Position numbers and translations under genes: made by a program. The notes below the pieces were generated by a model. It did not search any database. It saw only the letters and a program-made list of their open reading frames with translations, and was not told the origin of the DNA. From Eubacteriales bacterium (GTDB lineage: Bacteria; Bacillota; Clostridia; Oscillospirales; CAG-272), in contig JAZOOM010000065.1 of assembly GCA_045655025.1 (NCBI GenBank), forward strand, positions 1 through 36,957: a stretch of 36,957 nt of DNA, written 5' to 3'. This document shows, piece by piece, positions 30,393-36,957 of this stretch (position 1 is the stretch's first letter; each line of letters starts with the position of its first letter).

Positions 30393-31298
30393 TTACTGAT
30401 CCGGGAACAATTTGTTCCAAAAATCTTCGTCATCCTCCTCCGAATATGCTTCGTCGTCTTCGTGGAACACTTCCAACAGCCTCTCAGGGGGAGCCTCTTC
30501 TCCGCATGCAGATGTCTCCTCCAGCAGGGTAACATCAACACCTCCGTCGTCGATAACATATTGCACGGAAGCGACGTACACCTCGATGATGGAATTCAGC
30601 AGCTCGTTAACAGACTTTTCGCTATCCCCGCGGAAATCGACTCCATCCAAGGCCTGCCGTTCATCCCGGGAAACGCTCCCCAACGGGACAACGTATGTAT
30701 ACTGTTTTTTTGCTTCATTCATCTGGTAGGTGTAGAGCTCGGCCATTTCCCTGAATAATTCCGTGCCGCTATATTCCTCGCCATCGATCATGTAACGTCC
30801 GGAATCGTTTTCGCCCAGATCCGAGATCAATACAACGATCGGCTGAGAATACCCAAATCCCAAACTCTTGTAGTGCTCCTTGCGCGCCACTCCATACATG
30901 TAGGCATACAGCATGGCTTCGCCCAAGGGAGTCGTTCCAGAACACTCTCTGATAACAGGGGGGGCATGCTCCACCAAGTCAAACTCTCGCTGGAATTCCA
31001 CGCCGGTTTCGTTGTCATTGTTCTTGCCAAAGACGATCACGGACAAATCAACGAGCTTTTCCAGTTCGAGGCTCGAATTCCGCGCGTGGATGGTTTCGTA
31101 CAAGTAGGACAGCGAGCTGTTGATCTGATCGCGGTCACTGCTCAGAGAACCGCTTCCGTCCACCAAAAAAATCAAAGGAGTACGAAAGGTCGCTCCACGG
31201 GGGTCCAGCGTCTTCAGCTTCGGGATCTTCACGTCCACGTAACACTTCTTCTTGGGATCGTACCTCTTAACATCATTAAATCTCTGAATCGACTTCAT
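30393..31298 (-). CDS. TerY/YegL-like vWA domain protein
   Basis: MIDAS FLVDGSGS, GTTPLGEA, RKEHYKSLGFGYSQPIVVLISD; GGAGG RBS before ATG 31298; acidic tail. Confidence 0.87.
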   Translation of the reverse strand: MKSIQRFNDVKRYDPKKKCYVDVKIPKLKTLDPRGATFRTPLIFLVDGSGSLSSDRDQINSSLSYLYETIHARNSSLELEKLVDLSVIVFGKNNDNETGVEFQREFDLVEHAPPVIRECSGTTPLGEAMLYAYMYGVARKEHYKSLGFGYSQPIVVLISDLGENDSGRYMIDGEEYSGTELFREMAELYTYQMNEAKKQYTYVVPLGSVSRDERQALDGVDFRGDSEKSVNELLNSIIEVYVASVQYVIDDGGVDVTLLEETSACGEEAPPERLLEVFHEDDEAYSEEDDEDFWNKLFPDQ

Positions 31299-31327
31299 AT
31301 GAACCTCCTGTATATTAAAAAATGAAA

Positions 31328-32503
31328 TCAATGAAACAGCTGCCAAAGTCCAAGCAGAATTAAGGCCGCTGCAGCCACAAAACCCAAAGACAAAACGATC
31401 CATGCCCAAGTGCTTCTGCCGTCTTTCAGTTGAGTATTTTGCACTTCGGAAATCTTCGTTCCGGGAGTCTTTGTTCCGGGGTCTCGCTTAGAGCCGACGT
31501 TTTCGGCATCGGGATCCTCAAGGAACTGTTTCTTTCCTTCATCGTAAGGCTTGTCAGGAAGATACATCAATCCGTCCAAATGGCTACTATATCGACAATA
31601 GGAAAAAAACATCGTCATCCATGCTTTAGGGGTGGGAAGGGATGCGTGCGGGGTGGTCAGCAAAGCTACGAAGGTGTCTCTCATACAGCGGGGCAGGATA
31701 TACCACGCAGGATAAAAGCGGCGTTTTTTGAGGTTTCGAATAGCGCGCATAGAGCCCTTCGCAAACAAATCGTATTCTTCGCCGGTTTCCTCCAGATCGT
31801 ATTCGCGTATACGCGCAAGATCCGAACGCAAGCTTTCCGTGCCCGTCAGGATTTGCAAAAGCATCATGGCCAAACCGTAGTTCTCGCTTTCCTCATCCGG
31901 TACGAATCCGGGCTCGATGCTGTCTCTGTTGGAGTACTCCGGGCGCGGCGGCTGAGAGTAGCTGCCACGAACCGAAAAGCCGTCCAGATCAATCGGATAA
32001 ACAAGCCCTTTTTGGGTTACAAAAAAATTATCCGGCTTCACGTCGCTCACCATCAGCTCATGTTGGTGCAGTTGATCGAAGCACGTGCACAGGGAATGAC
32101 AAACACGGAGCATCTTACGATAGGTATCCTCGCCAAACCATTCGTCGCAGTTCGTTTGAATGATGAGATGGTTCAGGGAACGATCGTCCGAGCAATCCCT
32201 CATGATAAAGCCACACCATGCGCTTTCGCTCCTGCTTGCATCGCTATACACGCAATCCATCGGGAAGGCCTTAGCCAGATACTTCAGATTACTACTCTGC
32301 TCAAGCTTCCGGCGGATATCCATCAAGCCATCGACCTTTGTCCTGTTTTCGGGCGTATTGGCCATGAATTTTACCAGAAGGTTGGAAGGGCTGTCAACCT
32401 TGTGAATCGCTTGCCTTTGAGAATTCCCCATGCCTCTGTCACTTTCATCCCGAACCGTATAAGTCAGCTCACCCATACGACAAAACACTGATTTTTGCAA
32501 CAT
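31328..32503 (-). CDS. YegI-like Ser/Thr protein kinase with C-terminal TM anchor
   Basis: GMG loop, LLVKF, LH..ELMVSDVKPDNFFV, IDLDG, RPEY; terminal TM helix; ATG 32503 behind AGGAGG (alternative GTG 32509). Confidence 0.85.
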   Translation of the reverse strand: MLQKSVFCRMGELTYTVRDESDRGMGNSQRQAIHKVDSPSNLLVKFMANTPENRTKVDGLMDIRRKLEQSSNLKYLAKAFPMDCVYSDASRSESAWCGFIMRDCSDDRSLNHLIIQTNCDEWFGEDTYRKMLRVCHSLCTCFDQLHQHELMVSDVKPDNFFVTQKGLVYPIDLDGFSVRGSYSQPPRPEYSNRDSIEPGFVPDEESENYGLAMMLLQILTGTESLRSDLARIREYDLEETGEEYDLFAKGSMRAIRNLKKRRFYPAWYILPRCMRDTFVALLTTPHASLPTPKAWMTMFFSYCRYSSHLDGLMYLPDKPYDEGKKQFLEDPDAENVGSKRDPGTKTPGTKISEVQNTQLKDGRSTWAWIVLSLGFVAAAALILLGLWQLFH

Positions 32504-32542
32504 CTTCACCTCCTAACGAACTAAATAACACCAAATTATAAT

Positions 32543-33466
32543 TTAATCAAAGAGCTTTTCGAAGGTTATCTCATCCTGCTCGACCACATCATTCCATTCG
32601 CTTAGCAGGAATAGCCTTTGAACATCGTTCAATTCGGCCACATTGATCAGCATCCCACTCGTTGTAACCAGAACAGGGATCATATTCGTGCAGTTCAGCA
32701 ATGAATCTATATTGTTGCTGATGAAATAATTCTTTTTGCTTTCTATCGGCGCACCCCCATTTGGGACACAATCACAAGCAGCCTCTATGAACTCGTTTGG
32801 CTCTCTCTGAACAGAGGTCACCGTTATCCTGCCGCATTCCTTTAGATTGACCATCTCCTGCACAAACCGTCTAATCTCAACAGATCGGGTCAAGTCTTCA
32901 TTGCGAATCTGCTCGCTGAGGTAAAAATTCACCGGAGCTCCGTTCATTTTTTTGAGCCGATAACCCAAAGCCAGCAGACGCCTGCGAGTTTTATCTGCGT
33001 CCGCATCCTTGCGGAAAGAAAGCAAATCCAAAAAGACGTTTCCGTCTCGAAGTGTCTCTGTTTTCACAATGATCTGCTCTAATTCTCCATTCACAAGGAT
33101 GCTCCGTTTTCTCAACAAAGCCTCCGTTAAGGTTGTAGCCGGGGGCAGTTTTTCACCCAAAATATAATCCAGATAATCGGATTCAAAAATCATGAAATTC
33201 TGACTATACAGAACCTCCTTGACAGCCGGATCATTGGTGGCATAATAGTCATAGAGCGCAGCCATAGAGAGAATGTTCGTAAACCGATACTCCCCCTTTA
33301 CATTTTCGGTGCTGCTCAAGTTTTGGTTTTCCATGTTGCTCAACGTCTGTCTGGTAATTCCTAATGCCTTTGAAATATCTTCCTGAGATTTTCCCAGGCC
33401 GCTACGTATCTTGCCGATCTTTTCGACAAAATCTTCAATAAATAGTTGTTGTGTAATTGTTGACAT
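32543..33466 (-). CDS. XRE-family HTH protein with large uncharacterised C-terminal domain
   Basis: IRSGLGKSQEDISKALGITRQTLSNMEN; AGGAGG RBS. Confidence 0.8.
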   Translation of the reverse strand: MSTITQQLFIEDFVEKIGKIRSGLGKSQEDISKALGITRQTLSNMENQNLSSTENVKGEYRFTNILSMAALYDYYATNDPAVKEVLYSQNFMIFESDYLDYILGEKLPPATTLTEALLRKRSILVNGELEQIIVKTETLRDGNVFLDLLSFRKDADADKTRRRLLALGYRLKKMNGAPVNFYLSEQIRNEDLTRSVEIRRFVQEMVNLKECGRITVTSVQREPNEFIEAACDCVPNGGAPIESKKNYFISNNIDSLLNCTNMIPVLVTTSGMLINVAELNDVQRLFLLSEWNDVVEQDEITFEKLFD

Positions 33467-33484
33467 AACTTACCTCCTAATTGC

Positions 33485-33513
33485 ATTATATCACAAAAAA
33501 CATCATTTGTCAA
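33485..33513 (-). promoter_or_regulatory. Sigma-A promoter heading the island operon
   Basis: TTGACA-N17-TATAAT with TG extended -10. Confidence 0.75.
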
Positions 33514-33895
33514 TACAATTGTACGTTTTTTTTACACAGAATCAAAAACAATTACTGTCAGATATTCTGTCGATGCGTAATTTTCAATATAGTCATGTAA
33601 GCGCGGGTTGATTAAATAGTTGGTTCCATTTTAATATATAATGATCACATAATTGTCGCGTGATCTTCAGTGGGACTCCAATACAGGAACCGATCGCACT
33701 TTATGCGTCGAAAGGGGAGGAAACAATCCACAATGTTATCTCTATTATACCACTTTTTATAGCTATATACGGGATGACTATATTATACAAGACCAGCTAT
33801 TTGGAATCCATATGATGCCCTCTGCGGCCTGATCACATATAACGTCTACGTCCCGACTTGAAATGATCACCAACTCTCGGTAATATCGGCTTACA

Positions 33896-34030
33896 ATGCT
33901 GATCAACTATCTCGTGAAGGAGATCGTCACGTATGACGACATCCGATCTTCGACCAGCAATCGAAGCCTTTTTCAATAAACCTACACGGAACAGTCCCGA
34001 TGAAAATCGGGGCTGTTCTGCTTTTACGGG
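33896..34030 (+). pseudogene. Probable remnant of a large serine recombinase C-terminus
   Basis: MLINYLVKEIVTYDD then, after a frameshift, IEAFFNKPTRNSPDENRGCS; resembles resolvase-family C-termini from recall; points toward the tRNA. Confidence 0.45.
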
Positions 34031-34206
34031 GCATAAGAAGCATTTCGATACCGAGATATGGATTTTGCGAAACGAGCCAGACAGAGGATTCTGAGGGCGT
34101 AGAGCAGCACTTGGAAGTGTCAATAAACCTTACAGGAAAAAAGAGCAAAAAAAAAGAACCTAAGACAAACAACAGACTATACCTTGTGTTCGTTTTAGGT
34201 TCTTAC

Positions 34207-34295
34207 TGGCGGAGGGAAAGGGATTCGAACCCTTGTGGGCGGGTGCCCAAACGGTTTTCAAGACCGCCTCGTTATGACCACTTCGATATCCCTCC
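34207..34295 (-). tRNA. tRNA-Ser(TGA)
   Basis: GGAGGGA acceptor, GCGGT-CTTGAAA-ACCGT anticodon arm, long variable arm, GGTTCGAATCC, GCCA end; 89 nt. Confidence 0.96.
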
Positions 34296-34445
34296 GTATA
34301 TGAACTGCCGTTAGGCAGATATCATCGGATTATTCAATTTTTTAGAAATATTTTTAGAAATGCTGTTTTCGGTTGCTTTCGGAGTGCCCGGAAAGTCAGT
34401 GTTTTCAAGGCTTTTTTGCGTTTTTGCGACCGTTATGCTCGCAAA

Positions 34446-34486
34446 TTTTCAAGACAGCCTCGTTATGACCGCTTCGATATGCCTCC
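34446..34486 (-). pseudogene. Duplicated 5' half of tRNA-Ser(TGA), ending at the anticodon loop
   Basis: 38/41 identical to 34255-34295. Confidence 0.8.
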
Positions 34487-34496
34487 GTACTCGGAT

Positions 34497-34525
34497 ATTA
34501 TACCACAAACCTCCCTGTTTGTCAA
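34497..34525 (-). promoter_or_regulatory. Sigma-A promoter for the tRNA locus
   Basis: TTGACA-N17-TATAAT, 10 nt upstream of the half-tRNA. Confidence 0.8.
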
Positions 34526-34579
34526 GTCCCCCCAAAAAGAACCTCCCTAAAAGAAAGTCAAGAAAGCACATTCTGTGAG

Positions 34580-34660
34580 CATCTGAATCCATGCTCTTCG
34601 GATCCGTAGGTCTGAAATAGAGAACACCGCTGTCATACAATTCCTGACAATACGCTTTGT
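34580..34660 (-). pseudogene. Fragment of a GNAT homologous to 15494-16018
   Basis: YKAYCQELYDSGVLYFRPTDPKSMDSD vs YKAYCQEIYDSRVPYFRPTNPASIDED. Confidence 0.75.
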
Positions 34661-34712
34661 ATCGTCGCGTAAAAGTGTCGCACCAAACTTGCACCAAAAT
34701 CATACCGACATT
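34660..34712. repeat. ~53-bp direct repeat, copy 1 (contains tandem GCACCAAA)
   Basis: Matches 36793-36844 with 5 mismatches and 1 indel. Confidence 0.8.
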
Positions 34713-34724
34713 TAATAGCTAAAT

Positions 34725-35312
34725 TCAAGCATTCAAAGTCTTAAACAAAAATTTTTTGCTTCGCAAAAGGTTGATTCCAAGCATAATGACAATCACGCAC
34801 ACGGCAGAGCCGAGAGTAGCGTTCATAACCACAATTTCCGATTCGGTCATTCCTTCAAATGAAACAAGCATTGAGCGTTGCAATGCGAATATCGATACGA
34901 AAGCATCCGCAAAGGATATGTTCCGGAGTGCAATACATGTTGCCGACGTACTGCGACGAGCTTTTAAGAGGTTTATTGTTGCAAGCGTGATTTTCGTAAA
35001 GGCGTATGCCGCCATAGCTATCATCACGATCATATGAAGCTCATGCCCTCTGTCTTTTACCACCGATAAAATGATTGATCCGAAAAGTGGTATGGATAAT
35101 AATATCAACATCCAACCCGTAAACTTGGTTACGCAACGCTCTTGGGTTTTGGAGCGTAGCACCACAAAGCGTACGATACTTAAAACAAGATAGTATGCGC
35201 CAAGCGTTAATAACCACCACGAGCTTGTAACAAATCCCCAAACAAGATGATAGCTTGCAAACGCTATGTTGAATGTCAGACTTGCGAGAGCAAGTTTCAA
35301 AGTCCTATCCAT
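34725..35312 (-). CDS. Hypothetical multi-pass membrane protein
   Basis: 195 aa, ~6 hydrophobic helices; overlaps the TetR stop. Confidence 0.8.
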   Translation of the reverse strand: MDRTLKLALASLTFNIAFASYHLVWGFVTSSWWLLTLGAYYLVLSIVRFVVLRSKTQERCVTKFTGWMLILLSIPLFGSIILSVVKDRGHELHMIVMIAMAAYAFTKITLATINLLKARRSTSATCIALRNISFADAFVSIFALQRSMLVSFEGMTESEIVVMNATLGSAVCVIVIMLGINLLRSKKFLFKTLNA

Positions 35313-35901
35313 TTATACTCCTATCGCCCATCACGCAATCGGTGATAATCTTAATAATTATTTTCATATCGTCCGAACAATTATTGTTAAGCCATTCCAT
35401 AACGATAGCAAAAACGCCTGTCAAATAGAATTTCATCACGTAGGAACGTTCTGCTTCAGGTACACCAAAGCGAGCAAGAATAGGACTGAAAATATGTTCA
35501 AACATCCGTCCGTAAACTTCGTCCATATTCATAGCATGAAACTGCCTTATTGACACCTTAAATAAACGCTGATTATCCTTGATAAATGTCAAATACGGAG
35601 TAAGATACTCGTTCGTGATAAACAAAAGCTCATTACTCTTACAAGTTTCAAATTGCAGGGATATGCGTTGCTTATCTATTTCGTAGTATGAGAGATGTTT
35701 GTCAATGATATAGCGTGTAGTTTCCTTTAGCAGATCCGAGGTGTTCTCATAATGCAGATAAAAGGTGGAGCGGTTTACCCCGGCGGTATCGCATATCTCC
35801 TTAATGCTGATATATTCAAAGTCCTTCTTCTCAAGTAGCGTAATGAGGGCTTCGTCCATTCTAATGGCCGTATTAAAGTATTTACTTTCGTTTTTATTCA
35901 T
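35305..35901 (-). CDS. TetR/AcrR-family transcriptional regulator
   Basis: ALITLLEKKDFEYISIKEICDTAGVNRSTFYLHY. Confidence 0.92.
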   Translation of the reverse strand: MNKNESKYFNTAIRMDEALITLLEKKDFEYISIKEICDTAGVNRSTFYLHYENTSDLLKETTRYIIDKHLSYYEIDKQRISLQFETCKSNELLFITNEYLTPYLTFIKDNQRLFKVSIRQFHAMNMDEVYGRMFEHIFSPILARFGVPEAERSYVMKFYLTGVFAIVMEWLNNNCSDDMKIIIKIITDCVMGDRSING

Positions 35902-35922
35902 AAGACCGCCCTCCTTGCATAC

Positions 35923-36276
35923 TTATTTACCCTCGCTGATCTCTCTTGCAAGCTCCACGATCTCATAAGCATACTTCTTTTTGCCCTTTTCAAGCATCTT
36001 TTTGTAGATAGGATAGTTTACACCGCATCCAATCATACCGATAACACCAACGATAATGCCAATCACCATACCGACAATACCGCTACCGAGAACTTGCATT
36101 GCAAAACACATTCCTGTGCCCAATACGAGCGATGAGATAATGCCGAAGGTGTAGGTAAAAATAGTTGCAGGCATCTTTGCTTTTCTGTCGAGTTTGCGAA
36201 GTGCTACAATTTTGGAGTTGTCCTTTGGAGCGTACTCCTTTGCGATGGATTCTGCGTAAATCTTGTCTGTGTTCAT
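35923..36276 (-). CDS. Conserved small 2-TM membrane protein
   Basis: 117 aa, AAGGAG RBS, two hydrophobic helices. Confidence 0.8.
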   Translation of the reverse strand: MNTDKIYAESIAKEYAPKDNSKIVALRKLDRKAKMPATIFTYTFGIISSLVLGTGMCFAMQVLGSGIVGMVIGIIVGVIGMIGCGVNYPIYKKMLEKGKKKYAYEIVELAREISEGK

Positions 36277-36421
36277 GTTGTTTCTCCTTTTCGGTTGTTT
36301 TTATTGTGACTTTATTATATCACCCGCCAAAGAAAAACGGAACAACAAGAATTGCATAATGTGTTGATTTAAGTAAATTATATCACAAAACCACCAAAAA
36401 TGAAATAGGACGGCAAAAAAG

Positions 36422-36605
36422 AATGAAATCACCTACGGTGATGGAATCCGTAAATGCGGACGAAATCTTCACTGCGTTCAGATGAAGTCCGAGGCAAGCC
36501 TCGGGCGATATGAAATCTGCCCATAAACCCGACGGGAGCGGATTTCATCGCGAGAGTGATTTCATCCACCTTTGCGGATTTATTCTGCCGTAGGCAGATT
36601 TCACT
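36422..36605. repeat. REP-like element of the TGAAATC/GATTTCA hairpin family (second copy)
   Basis: Several TGAAATC-hairpin units followed by inverted GATTTCA units, same architecture as 16671-16878. Confidence 0.7.
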
Positions 36606-36712
36606 GCACCCAGTTCATGGAAGAAATAACAAAAAATGCCCTGCGATTGCGGAGCATTTTTGAAGTCGACCAAAGGTCGAAATTATCTCTTTGAGTTTTA
36701 GCAATACCGTTT

Positions 36713-36799
36713 GATATCGTGAATATCGTGGAATTTCGTGTGATATCGTAGATCTATCGTGTGATTTCGTGCGATATCGTGAATATCGTGAGTATCGTC
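36713..36799. repeat. ~10-bp tandem degenerate repeat (ATATCGTG core) x9
   Basis: gatatcgtg aatatcgtg gaatttcgtg tgatatcgta ... agtatcgt. Confidence 0.8.
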
Positions 36800-36844
36800 G
36801 CATAAAGTGTTGCACCAAATTTGCACCAAAATCACACCAACATT
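36793..36844. repeat. ~52-bp direct repeat, copy 2
   Basis: TATCGTCGCATAAAGTGTTGCACCAAATTTGCACCAAAATCACACCAACATT. Confidence 0.8.
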
Positions 36845-36883
36845 CAACGCCTATTCAGCTCGTCAAATTGGAATTTGACCAAC

Positions 36884-36957
36884 TTATAACATCAATTTCA
36901 TTACAGCTTCACCTTCATCAATGATGCCCGTGTCGATAAAGCCTGCTTTCTGATAAA
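36884..36957 (-). CDS. 3' end of a GNAT-family acetyltransferase (partial, runs off the window)
   Basis: YQKAGFIDTGIIDEGEAVMKLML* resembles a GNAT C-terminus. Confidence 0.55.
   Translation of the reverse strand, partial: YQKAGFIDTGIIDEGEAVMKLML

Larger units (their letters stand above)
19942..34216. mobile_element. 14.3-kb genomic island integrated at the tRNA-Ser(TGA) 3' end
   Basis: Direct repeat TGGCGGAGGG at 19942-19951 and 34207-34216; symmetric TTCGTTTTA/TAAAACGAA arms; visibly lower GC than the left core; probable recombinase remnant. Confidence 0.8.

Noticed and set aside
34207-34295. tRNA-Sec or opal suppressor
   Set aside because: The anticodon is TGA (reads UCA, Ser), not TCA; standard 7-bp acceptor stem
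34000-34314. ORFs overlapping the tRNA and island end
   Set aside because: Translate through tRNA and terminator sequence; no RBS or coding signature
36615-36818. 67-aa ORF with RYS repeats
   Set aside because: Translation of the non-coding ATATCGTG tandem repeat

Overview
Window from a Clostridia-like (Bacillota) genome; the taxonomy is inferred from gene content, AGGAGG RBSs and sigma-A promoters. It has four parts. (1) ~1-14.9 kb: a GC-rich core carbohydrate region with GH38 alpha-mannosidase, GH127, a DUF6259-like putative glycosidase, an FtsX-type ABC permease plus ATPase, and a GH106-like glycosidase broken by one in-frame TAG. (2) ~15-19.9 kb: small accessory genes (two GNATs, alpha/beta hydrolase, PAP2, XRE, DUF4279), REP-like repeats and gene debris. 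(3) 19942-34216: a 14.3-kb island integrated at the 3' end of tRNA-Ser(TGA). It is bounded by a 10-bp core repeat, and in-silico excision rebuilds a symmetric attP. The island carries one minus-strand gene set: XRE regulator, YegI-like kinase with TM, TerY vWA, PP2C, FHA-less EssC/EccC FtsK ATPase, EspG/EsaE-like protein, small helical protein, two WXG100-type proteins, WXG-like/glycine-zipper effector, second EspG/EsaE-like protein, DUF4176 and a radical SAM/SPASM enzyme. This is a TerY-phosphorylation triad joined to a minimal type VII secretion module with no recognisable EssA/EssB/EsaA/EsaB, and it is the best candidate for an undescribed system. (4) 34.2-37 kb: tRNA-Ser, a duplicated tRNA 5' half, a GNAT fragment, and an AT-rich TetR cassette flanked by ~53-bp direct repeats. 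All family assignments come from motif recognition by eye; no searches were run.
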